From NCBI GenBank assembly GCA_965208615.1, contig CBDBPB010000007.1, forward strand, positions 415,703-479,702: a stretch of 64,000 nt of DNA. Reading direction: 5' to 3'. The position numbers and the translations under genes are program-made. Position 1 is the stretch's first letter. The number at the start of each line of letters is the position of its first letter. The stretch comes from Spirochaetota bacterium (GTDB lineage Bacteria > Spirochaetota > UBA6919 > CBDBPB01). Shown piece by piece: positions 10,138 to 18,206 of the stretch. The notes below the pieces were generated by a model. It saw only the letters and a program-made list of their open reading frames with translations, did no database searches and was not told the DNA's origin.

Positions 10138-10549
10138 TTTTGTACACACCTTTTAGAGCCTCAATCAATATGGATGCTTGTTCCTTAGATAATCTATCAT
10201 AGGGCTTTTTAACAATTTTATTAGAGAAGTTACTAAGTTCTTCTTCATCCCATTTTAGTTGATAGCATAGTTTTAATATTTTTCTTTTTTGGCCTGGACT
10301 CATAAGGGAAATTATATTCCCTTTTGAGTTTGGGGATGGCTTAGTATTTCTATATCTACCCTTTGAGGCGTTATATTTTGATATTAATGTCTCTATAATC
10401 TTGTAAGCCTCCTGCCTTGTCAATTGTCTTATTGACTGCTTTCCACAAAGACCATAGATTATCTCGTATAAAGCCTCTTTGGGTAGCCTAACTTCATTTG
10501 TGCAAGCCCATATTTTAGCTATTTGTCTATTGCTAATACTATTTGTCAT
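10130..10549 (-). CDS. gemA: GemA / DUF1018 (Mu gp16-like) regulatory protein
   Basis: QIAKIW...LY..I....GKQSIRQLT..EA..II..L and S..Q..KI..L...L.W....L..F...LS.EQAS.LIEALK pattern; position in the early operon. Confidence 0.75.
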   Translation of the reverse strand: MTNSISNRQIAKIWACTNEVRLPKEALYEIIYGLCGKQSIRQLTRQEAYKIIETLISKYNASKGRYRNTKPSPNSKGNIISLMSPGQKRKILKLCYQLKWDEEELSNFSNKIVKKPYDRLSKEQASILIEALKGVYKNA

Positions 10550-10922
10550 TTGCTTTTACATATAGCCTTTCGCTTGTGGATGTGTTAGTTATGTCAACCA
10601 GAGCCCTTACATTACCTTTTAGAGCTTCCTTACCTTTTTTGGTTAGGGTATATCTCTCACTTATCCAGCTGGAGGCGTTCTCTTTTGTTATAGTCCCCTT
10701 TTCAATAGCGTCTTTTAACGTTATTGGATCAATGAGTGTGTATTTAGTCTCAGCAAGGCTTACCCTGCCTTTGTTGGTATTTATGCTCTCTCCTCTAACC
10801 ATAAAGCTAATAACCTTTTTGCTTAGGCTGTTATAGCTATTTTCCATGGCCTTAAGAGCTTTGTAGCACTTGATAAGCTTTTTAACTTCTTTAATTTTGT
10901 CTTTTTCCATGTTAAAAATCAT
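10539..10922 (-). CDS. Hypothetical phage early protein
   Basis: AAGGAG RBS; overlaps the gemA start; co-oriented in the operon. Confidence 0.6.
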   Translation of the reverse strand: MIFNMEKDKIKEVKKLIKCYKALKAMENSYNSLSKKVISFMVRGESINTNKGRVSLAETKYTLIDPITLKDAIEKGTITKENASSWISERYTLTKKGKEALKGNVRALVDITNTSTSERLYVKANDK

Positions 10923-10938
10923 TTTACTCTCCTTGTTT

Positions 10939-11787
10939 TTAGATGTGTTTAAAATGTTTATTAGTCAAAATATTAGACCCAGCATTTTTGGCTATAATTA
11001 AACCTTCTTTTAAAAGTTTGTTTATCTCCAAAAAGGATGATTGGCGTTTGGCTATCTCTTCAAAGGCGGAATTGTCAATACAACTGATATTAAGTTTATT
11101 AGTCTTTGCAATATGTTTTATATACTCTCTGCACTCATCAGGGGTTGCAATGCTGGCTATTGATAGACATTCTATTCTATTGTTGATTTCTTTGTTATTA
11201 GGCTCATTCAACAATGTGGATAGCTTGTTCTGTCCTATCAGCACTATACTAATAAGCCTGCTAAAGCCATAAGTACTCTCCCAAATGCTTTTTAAGGAAA
11301 ACAGATTATCCTTGTTCATTCTGTGAGCCTCATCCACAATAAGGACGGCCTTCTTATTCTCTTTAACCAAAGAAGTTAGTATATGCTTTACCTGTCTTAT
11401 AAAGGCCTCATTTGATCTTGTTGTCTTTGTGCCAGGCTGAATGTCAAATAAAAGAGCTTCGTATATTTGTCTTAGTCCTACTTTGATAAACTCATGATTT
11501 TCTATATTGCATATTATTGTTGAACTGTCATTTTTATAAAAGTCAGCCAAATATCTAACGAGGTATGTCTTGCCAGAGCCTGTCTCACCGGTTATAGCAA
11601 TGAACTTCTTATTCTTAATTGCGTTGAATATAAAGGCGAATGCAAGTCTAAAGCCTTCAGATAAAAATATATCCTTTTCATTTTCTATTTTGTTGATAAT
11701 ACTAATGTTATCAATAAGTTTGTTAATGCTATCTTCAGTTCCTTTTTTTAGTTTTGGAACAGCTCTTTCTTTCATTTTGGTAATCAT
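10939..11787 (-). CDS. Transposition AAA+ ATPase (MuB-like, ExeA-type)
   Basis: Walker A GETGSGKT, Walker B LIVDEAH, IVLIGQ; directly downstream of the transposase. Confidence 0.88.
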   Translation of the reverse strand: MITKMKERAVPKLKKGTEDSINKLIDNISIINKIENEKDIFLSEGFRLAFAFIFNAIKNKKFIAITGETGSGKTYLVRYLADFYKNDSSTIICNIENHEFIKVGLRQIYEALLFDIQPGTKTTRSNEAFIRQVKHILTSLVKENKKAVLIVDEAHRMNKDNLFSLKSIWESTYGFSRLISIVLIGQNKLSTLLNEPNNKEINNRIECLSIASIATPDECREYIKHIAKTNKLNISCIDNSAFEEIAKRQSSFLEINKLLKEGLIIAKNAGSNILTNKHFKHI

Positions 11788-11805
11788 AGTAGCGCTCCTT
11801 ATTTG

Positions 11806-13404
11806 TTAGGCTGAGTCAGCCTCTTTAACTTTTCTAATTAGAGAGTTAAGTTCACTTTCATATATTTTATTTCTATCACCAAAGAGGTTCTCAAGAGTCA
11901 GCTCAACAGCAGTGGTTACTTTTATATCATTGCTTGCTAAGTATATACACGCTGACTCAAAGTCATGGGCAGTCTGATTGATATTTCTTTTAATGTTAAA
12001 GTTTACTACATTTGGTTTTTCGTATTGCTTTTTGCTTACTTTTTCCAGCCCTGATACCATCTCGATTCTGGTTGTATAACTACCTGTGGTAACGTTTTTA
12101 TAGCTTTCAAGTTCTTTCTTAAGCTTATCCTTTTTGCTTTCCGGCATTTGTTTAAAAGCTCCAAAAGGTATTATATCCTCTCCATAAATATCAATATTAA
12201 AAGCCTTAATTTCTTTTCCTTCCGCAATAATGTTAATCTTGTCTCTATCCCTAATATCCTCTTCCACTTTTACTTTTTTGCCTATGCTGTTTGACAAAAT
12301 ATTCCTATAAGTTTTGGCTTGATATGTTTTACCATTCCACTTAATGGTAAAGTTGGGCATCAAAAGCCTTGAGTCCCATTTAGGACAAAGGCTCATAAAG
12401 CTTTTGTAATCAGGAGGCATCACAACTGTTAGATGCTGTAGATGGCTGTAAAACAATGTATTTGGGGCAATATCTGTTACTGAGTGAGTCCTGCTGTTAT
12501 ATTCATTAGCTATTGCATTTACCATTTGGTTATACTGTTTTAGGGTAGTGATTTTCTCAATGCGGGTTATGCTCGATCTTTTCTCCAAAAACTGTATAGA
12601 CCTTTCAATCATGCCCTTTGCTTGGGGGTTGCCAGGTATATGGGTTAGAAGCTCAACATTCAACTCTTTTAAGGTTTTATTGACAACTCCGCTTCTGTGG
12701 AACATAGAGGCATTATCAGTATAAATATACTTTGGCAGTCCTGTTTTGCTAGTTACCTCATAAAACTGCTGTAACCAAGTTTGGGTGGACTCATGAGTAT
12801 CCACTTTAAACCAGACCTTCCTACTGAACATATCCTGGAATGCCATGAACACAAGTTTAGTCTTTTTATTAGACCTATTCTTATTCTCAGACATTGGACT
12901 AATATATTTAACAACAGAATCGTTATTTTTTTCATGGCTGACATACCACTGAGTAGCCCTTGTGGAATCCCACTGTAGAACTTCTAAAGGGTAACTTGTA
13001 GTTAGTCTGAGGCTTGCTTTTTTAAGTTTAGACTTTCTGCCAAGCTCGTCATCCCTTAGCCATCTTCTTAGTGTGGATGGATGAATTGGGGACTTTATTA
13101 GCTGTCCATTTTCAATTTCTCCTTTTATGGTGCCGTCTATTATAAGGTCTTTGATTGCCTCTTCTGCTGGACGCTTATAGGTATTGACTAAAAGGACAAG
13201 CTTGTGGTATACGCTTTCTGGCAGTATTTTTTCTCCCTTATCTGATCGCTTATTCCTACGTCTGTATCCATATTTTCTAAGTTGTCTGTTTACGGATTGA
13301 GGGGTAACGCCATATTTTTTAGCAAGTTCTGGTATAAGGCTTAGGCCTTGCGTGGTTAGTATGTCTATTATGTCTTCCCATTCAGAATTAGTCAACCGTG
13401 GCAT
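11806..13404 (-). CDS. DDE transposase (MuA/B3-like)
   Basis: N-terminal HTH, RSDKG motif, catalytic QWDST...YTDNAS...GNPQAKGMIERS, YNSRTHS. Confidence 0.9.
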   Translation of the reverse strand: MPRLTNSEWEDIIDILTTQGLSLIPELAKKYGVTPQSVNRQLRKYGYRRRNKRSDKGEKILPESVYHKLVLLVNTYKRPAEEAIKDLIIDGTIKGEIENGQLIKSPIHPSTLRRWLRDDELGRKSKLKKASLRLTTSYPLEVLQWDSTRATQWYVSHEKNNDSVVKYISPMSENKNRSNKKTKLVFMAFQDMFSRKVWFKVDTHESTQTWLQQFYEVTSKTGLPKYIYTDNASMFHRSGVVNKTLKELNVELLTHIPGNPQAKGMIERSIQFLEKRSSITRIEKITTLKQYNQMVNAIANEYNSRTHSVTDIAPNTLFYSHLQHLTVVMPPDYKSFMSLCPKWDSRLLMPNFTIKWNGKTYQAKTYRNILSNSIGKKVKVEEDIRDRDKINIIAEGKEIKAFNIDIYGEDIIPFGAFKQMPESKKDKLKKELESYKNVTTGSYTTRIEMVSGLEKVSKKQYEKPNVVNFNIKRNINQTAHDFESACIYLASNDIKVTTAVELTLENLFGDRNKIYESELNSLIRKVKEADSA

Positions 13405-13405
13405 G

Positions 13406-14167
13406 TTATCTCCTAATAAGCCTGTCGTCCCATCTGACTCCCCATGCAGTCTGGACGCTTTTTATAGTTGTTACAAGACTTGACAGCAAATCAGTAGCCT
13501 GTCTTTGTTCTATATTTATTATGCTTGCTTTTTGTATGCTGAAAACAGCTTCGTTTATGAGGTCTTGGGCTTTTTTAAGATTCTCTATACAAAGCTTGTT
13601 AGGGTTTTTCAGGTCTTCTATTTGACCTTCAAGCTTTTCGATTTCTTTATCTTTTTCACTAAGCTGGACTTTGCCGAGTTCAATTTGTTTTTCTTTTTCT
13701 ATTCTTTTTCGTTTTTCAATCTCTTCGCCCGCCTTAGCTTTTTCAGCCATATTCAGCACATCTCTTTTTGAGAGTTCGTTTACATCTTTTCCTTCCAGTT
13801 TTCCAGTTTTCATTGCTTCATCAAAAAGATCATCAGGAAGTTTGGCAACGGCTTTGAAAGCAAAAGCCTTCATATCAATTATCTTGTTTTTATAAGGGTA
13901 GTATCTTTTTGCTATTTGCATATAACTCTGAGCCGTACGTTGAGAAAAGCCGCAAGACTCTTTTACCCATAAACCAAATTCTCCATGATCAAGTCGTTCT
14001 TTAGCTAGAATTAAATGCCTTCCTAATTCGATTATGTTTAGGAGAGTTTGTGTGTGGAGCTCTTTTATGATACCAGCTGTTCTGTCAGGATCAAAAATAA
14101 GTCCGTCAGTTAACTCATCAGTTGTTAATTCATTAGTTATAATATCAGTTGTAGCTAATTCGTTCAT
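13406..14167 (-). CDS. DUF3102-domain protein
   Basis: IELGRHLILAKERLDHGEFGLWVKESCGFSQRTAQSYMQIA; usual neighbour of the transposase in B3-like phages. Confidence 0.8.
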   Translation of the reverse strand: MNELATTDIITNELTTDELTDGLIFDPDRTAGIIKELHTQTLLNIIELGRHLILAKERLDHGEFGLWVKESCGFSQRTAQSYMQIAKRYYPYKNKIIDMKAFAFKAVAKLPDDLFDEAMKTGKLEGKDVNELSKRDVLNMAEKAKAGEEIEKRKRIEKEKQIELGKVQLSEKDKEIEKLEGQIEDLKNPNKLCIENLKKAQDLINEAVFSIQKASIINIEQRQATDLLSSLVTTIKSVQTAWGVRWDDRLIRR

Positions 14168-15152
14168 AACTTCCTCCTTGATGGTTGATTAGACTTGTCA
14201 GTTTGCTTTGTACCCAAAGTGGGACGTCATTTGACCTCTCTATTTTTTTTAGATACCCAGTAGTAATTTTTAACTTATCAGACAGCTCTTTTCTATTTAT
14301 GTTTAGCTTGCTTAGGCAGTCTGATATATAGTCAACTGTTTGATTACTGCTTTGTTCTAGCGGTTTGGATGTTTGTTTAGGCTCGCTAGAAAAAACTGCT
14401 TGTCCCCCTTTCCTGTTTACATTATGGAGGTTATTGGCTTTATTTTTATCGAAGGGGGTTATTTTTGTTACAGGAAGAGAGACAAGCAAATAACAAAACG
14501 ATAATGGAATTATACTTAGTAAAATGGATATAAAAGCTTTATTAAACATGCTTACAACAGTTGCTGGAATACCAGTTCGCTGGTCTAAGGAGGCCAATAT
14601 GGTTTCTTTTTTGGTTTTTAGTGCTATAGGTTTTAGATTGGATAGTTTAGCCTGTTCCTTTGTCCAAGTTTGATTTAAGTTCTTAATATCGTTATTCAGT
14701 CTATGGATCATCCATCTTGAATCAGTACTTTGTATTTTATTTATAGTTTGATATTTAGCTTTTATTTGTTGTTCTATACTGCCCATTCTTTTTGATATTA
14801 ACTCTTTATTTTTGTATGAGTTTTGATATTTAGCGTTATTGTTTATGGTGATGGTTTGGATTTCTTTGTTTTTGTTAAGGGATAGGCTTGTCATAACAGC
14901 GAAGTTAGCAAAGCTGGCAAAGGCAATTAGCACGGCTGATATTGTACCAAACACGGTTTTTGCTAATCTTTTGTTTGACTTGAACAAAAACACATGGCTT
15001 ATTATTTCTAATATTAGGACGGCCGCTAAAGTGGATATGCCTAAGGATACGGAGTTCATTTCTTGGATAAATAGTTCTTTTTGGATGAGAAATATTAAAA
15101 TTATTACAGCTATTAAAATTGTTATTAGTAAATATCTCCATAATGTTTTCAT
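14145..15152 (-). CDS. Membrane protein (about 4 TM segments, coiled coil) with C-terminal XRE-type HTH
   Basis: Three N-terminal hydrophobic segments, coiled coil, a fourth TM, then LSKLNINRKELSDKLKITTGYLKKIERS. Likely start MKTLW at 15152 after GGGAG (track start 15179). Confidence 0.65.
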   Translation of the reverse strand: MKTLWRYLLITILIAVIILIFLIQKELFIQEMNSVSLGISTLAAVLILEIISHVFLFKSNKRLAKTVFGTISAVLIAFASFANFAVMTSLSLNKNKEIQTITINNNAKYQNSYKNKELISKRMGSIEQQIKAKYQTINKIQSTDSRWMIHRLNNDIKNLNQTWTKEQAKLSNLKPIALKTKKETILASLDQRTGIPATVVSMFNKAFISILLSIIPLSFCYLLVSLPVTKITPFDKNKANNLHNVNRKGGQAVFSSEPKQTSKPLEQSSNQTVDYISDCLSKLNINRKELSDKLKITTGYLKKIERSNDVPLWVQSKLTSLINHQGGSYERISYN

Positions 15153-15337
15153 TTTTTCTCCCTGTTTTGTTTTAGCCATTTATCCTTTAGGACAACAGCT
15201 TTTAAAGTTTTATAAAGCTTGTTTTTTTCATCATCATCCATGCGATGGTATTTATTTATCACTCCAATTATATAATCTCGTTCATGTTTTGTTAGCTTAG
15301 GCAGTTCTGATAACGGTATAGACTCAAAATGCTTCAT
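15149..15337 (-). CDS. Hypothetical phage early protein
   Basis: Translationally coupled to both neighbours (overlapping stop/start). Confidence 0.6.
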   Translation of the reverse strand: MKHFESIPLSELPKLTKHERDYIIGVINKYHRMDDDEKNKLYKTLKAVVLKDKWLKQNREKK

Positions 15338-15825
15338 TACGCTAACCTCTTGAACTTATTTGGTCTTATATGCAGTTCTTCAGCCCATTTATGCAATTCT
15401 TTGTTCGAAAAGACTGCTTCTACTTGAGCTTCATTGACTATACCAAATATGTTTTCCCAGTTAAGGCCTGCTTTTCTTAATCTTAGCTTTATCAAGGCTA
15501 TATATTCTTTTTTTGATAAGTATGAATAGTTATTCTGAACAACTTTGTGAAGGCAGGTTTTCAGAAATTCAGACTCGCTAAGTCGTTTGAGATCGTATTT
15601 TTTATGACAAAACGCAGATCGGATTTCATTTTCGAGTAGATTTAGCTTTTTCAAAAAAGCAACTACGTCATTGTGTCTTTTGTTTTTGGTATTAAGATAC
15701 TTATAGGCTGTGGCAGAACTGACGCCAAAGTGCAACATGATGTTTTTGATTATGTCCTTTTTTTTAAGAATTTTTCTTCTTTCGTTATATGAGTGTATCT
15801 CTATGCTGTTCATTTCACACCTCAA
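15337..15825 (-). CDS. Hypothetical DNA-binding protein (N-terminal HTH)
   Basis: IKNIMLHFGVSSATAYKYLN HTH-like segment. Confidence 0.55.
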   Translation of the reverse strand: MRCEMNSIEIHSYNERRKILKKKDIIKNIMLHFGVSSATAYKYLNTKNKRHNDVVAFLKKLNLLENEIRSAFCHKKYDLKRLSESEFLKTCLHKVVQNNYSYLSKKEYIALIKLRLRKAGLNWENIFGIVNEAQVEAVFSNKELHKWAEELHIRPNKFKRLA

Positions 15826-15826
15826 A

Positions 15827-15844
15827 CGCCAGCACTTGCTGGCG
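15827..15844 (-). terminator. GC-rich hairpin within the early operon (possible weak terminator)
   Basis: CGCCAGCA-CT-TGCTGGCG perfect stem, followed by TTT on the minus strand. Confidence 0.4.
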
Positions 15845-15851
15845 GGAATAA

Positions 15852-16032
15852 CTACATTTTTCTTATCAGATTGATTGTATCTAGAACGTCTTTTTCAGAG
15901 TAATGACCCATTATTTCTCTCTCAGCTTTCTTTAAAAGAGACTCAAATCTGCTCTGTAAGAACAGGCATCGTTTTTTTTAAACAAAGAGCACTTTGAAGC
16001 ATGTTTTGGACTTCGCTTGACAATACTTCCAT
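15852..16032 (-). CDS. Small hypothetical protein (59 aa) with a +1 frameshift in an A8 run
   Basis: AAGGGGG RBS and ATG at 16032. Removing one A gives MEVLSSEVQNMLQSALCLKKRCLFLQSRFESLLKKAEREIMGHYSEKDVLDTINLIRKM. Confidence 0.45.
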
Positions 16033-16221
16033 GAACTTCCCCCTTCTTTTTTTTATAACTCAGGCATGCCTATCGCTAAGCGGGATCTGCAAACAGGGCT
16101 GGGTGCTGGCTTATAAGTTCTACAGCCCTATCTAAAACTGACAAAGCTAAGCACAACTTTAAAAGCTAATTGCTCTATTTCTTGTTTTCCAGCTAAGTAT
16201 TTGTTATTCACTGCCTGCTCC

Positions 16222-16449
16222 CTATGGCTCTACTAATACTTTAGATTTTCTTCTTTTCAATCTTGGGTGATAGTATTTTTTCTGGAACTCAATTAGGCTG
16301 TCTTTTTCTATTAACCAAACAGTCCCGCCTGCTAAACGGGAACCAATTCGCTCTTCTCTGCAAAACTTTGTAATAGATGACTTTGGGATGCCTGTCCATG
16401 CGGTAGCTTCTGACACGACAAAAACATCATTTAAATTAATTTTTTCCAT
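16222..16449 (-). CDS. Excisionase-family (HTH_17) DNA-binding protein
   Basis: FVVSEATAWTGIPKSSITKFCREERIGSRLAGGTVWLIEKDSL. Confidence 0.75.
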   Translation of the reverse strand: MEKINLNDVFVVSEATAWTGIPKSSITKFCREERIGSRLAGGTVWLIEKDSLIEFQKKYYHPRLKRRKSKVLVEP

Positions 16450-16542
16450 AAACTTCCCCCTTTTTTTGTACTCCCCTCCAGCCTATCGCTTGTCATTGTG
16501 TTGTGTTATAGTTACCTTTGTGTAAAATATCTGGAGGTAACT

Positions 16543-16692
16543 ATGACAGAAGACAACGACCTAAAAAGCATTCTCATCGAGATATCTCAACAGCTAAATG
16601 ACATTAAAACTCTTCTATCAGAGCATCTCCCAGCCCTCTCAGAAAACTCTAAGAAGCTTGTCAAGAGATCAGCTATGAAGCCAAGAATTTAG
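16543..16692 (+). CDS. Small protein (49 aa) antisense to the early operon
   Basis: GGAGG RBS at 16533-16537, ATG at 16543; coiled-coil-like MTEDNDLKSILIEISQQLNDIKTLL. Confidence 0.55.
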   Translation: MTEDNDLKSILIEISQQLNDIKTLLSEHLPALSENSKKLVKRSAMKPRI

Positions 16693-16838
16693 TTATCAAA
16701 TAGTATTGAATTAGCTTCTATCAACTCTTTGACTCGCCCTAAAGTAGACAGGGCGAGCTTTTTTGGCATATCAGACATTTGGAGCATTATGGTATAAGCC
16801 CCTTCTTCACGACGTTTTGTATCTTCTTTGTTTTCCAT
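16689..16838 (-). pseudogene. Frameshifted small ORF, paralog of 16861..17010
   Basis: GGGAG RBS and MENKEDTKRREE; the shifted frame continues RAYTIMLQMSDMPKKLALSTLGRVKELIEANSILFDN*. Confidence 0.4.
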
Positions 16839-16860
16839 GTTTGTCTCCCTTTTTATTTTT

Positions 16861-17010
16861 TTATTCCGAAAAACAAAAGAGCATAGGATTTTCTCTTATC
16901 ATTTCCATTGCTTTCTTTAGTATAGCAACAGAATCGCAAACTGATTCTGTTGAAAAGCCAATAGCGATTATAAATGCTTTGTTCTCAATCTCTTTTTTAG
17001 ACAGCTTCAT
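16861..17010 (-). CDS. Small hypothetical protein (49 aa)
   Basis: MKLSKKEIENKAFIIAIGFSTESVCDSVAILKKAMEMIRENPMLFCFSE; ATGA overlap with the upstream stop. Confidence 0.5.
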   Translation of the reverse strand: MKLSKKEIENKAFIIAIGFSTESVCDSVAILKKAMEMIRENPMLFCFSE

Positions 17011-17243
17011 ACTACCTTCCTCGCTGGCCTGAAGGGATACTCGTTGCCTCCACTCCGAAACGTCACAAACAATCTGTTAAGATTGTGATAATGCCAGTAC
17101 TCATAAGGCATTATCCCCACATTGTTTCTTAGATGCCCGTTATCCAAAACGGATTTATAGGTTATTCCATGATAAACTATTTCTAACTCATCAGACAAAG
17201 TACTGCAATGATAATCTTTTGCAGACGGTTTAATAGCATACAT
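17007..17243 (-). CDS. Hypothetical phage protein
   Basis: AAGGAG RBS; co-oriented in the operon. Confidence 0.55.
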   Translation of the reverse strand: MYAIKPSAKDYHCSTLSDELEIVYHGITYKSVLDNGHLRNNVGIMPYEYWHYHNLNRLFVTFRSGGNEYPFRPARKVV

Positions 17244-17254
17244 TTTATTCTCCT

Positions 17255-18202
17255 TTAGTTTGTAGTTGCAAATCTAACTGGAAAATTATCTTTTATTTTG
17301 TGTTTAATGTTGTGTTTAACGCTATTAGCTTTAAAGTCGCTATTATCATCAGCCCTCTCTATTTGGCAAAAAGACATATTGTCTAATTCACGCATAAGTT
17401 CTAAGTTCTCTCTTTTTTTAAGCTCTTGTATGCACTTATAGATTATCAATTTTCTTTGATAAAACTTCTTATCTGCTTTGTCCGTGCTAAAAAGAGCAGT
17501 GAAGTGATGATAACAGTCAACTGCAAGCTCTTTAGAGTTTTCTATTTTGTAATTTTGAAACCAAGCAAGGATATGGATAGCTGGAAAACATAGGCTCTTT
17601 TTTAGCTTGTTGCTAAAGTTAGGCACTAAAACATTAGTCACAGGAATATTAGCTTTTTTGATAGCCCTGTATGCCCTTTGTGAGTCAAGATTAAGGACCT
17701 GACAAACATTATTAACAACTAATAAAATCTCTTTTGAGATCTTATTGCGAAGTGCTATAAAGACTTTGTCTGACTCATAAGGAATGGCTTTAAGGTCGTA
17801 AGACATACTATAATGAAATGTTCTTGGCTTTTTTGGCTTAACTTTGCCCAAAAAGTGCTCGGCTAATACTTTGGCTGCTTCGTCTTGATACAATTCAAGC
17901 TTTTTTTGGAGTTCTGGCTTAACTTTATTTATGTTGATTGTTGTTAGCCACAGTGGAATTAAATCGTGGCGAATGCAAAACATGTCTTGTGCTGTGACTG
18001 CTCCTCTTGTCGGTATTGGGATAATCACAACACCTTTAGATAAAGTTCTGTTGTTTTTGATTTTTGTATATTGTGCAGGATAGTCAATCCCTAAAGCCTC
18101 ACAAATGAGCTTGAGAGGAGTGCAAATGTCATTAGTTTGCCTGTCCAGCACTGCTGTTATTTTATCACCGTAAAAATCGATTGTAGATATTTCATTTCTC
18201 AT
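17255..18202 (-). CDS. Antirepressor-like protein C with two tandem P22 AR N-terminal domains
   Basis: TIDFYGDKI...PLKLICEALGID...Q..KIK...MFCI....IPLWLTTININKVKPE...L..YQ.E, then a second degenerate copy. Start ATG at 18202 after GGGAG (track start 18232). Confidence 0.8.
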   Translation of the reverse strand: MRNEISTIDFYGDKITAVLDRQTNDICTPLKLICEALGIDYPAQYTKIKNNRTLSKGVVIIPIPTRGAVTAQDMFCIRHDLIPLWLTTININKVKPELQKKLELYQDEAAKVLAEHFLGKVKPKKPRTFHYSMSYDLKAIPYESDKVFIALRNKISKEILLVVNNVCQVLNLDSQRAYRAIKKANIPVTNVLVPNFSNKLKKSLCFPAIHILAWFQNYKIENSKELAVDCYHHFTALFSTDKADKKFYQRKLIIYKCIQELKKRENLELMRELDNMSFCQIERADDNSDFKANSVKHNIKHKIKDNFPVRFATTN

Positions 18203-18206
18203 TTTC

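Noticed and set aside
5613-16032. Homopolymer frameshifts in the A2M gene (A7, 5613-5619), hisE (A9, 8616-8624) and the small ORF at 15972-15979 (A8) as phase variation or pseudogenisation
   Set aside because: All three are the same one-extra-A event, one of them in a housekeeping gene, so systematic sequencing or assembly error is more parsimonious. Needs a raw-read check.
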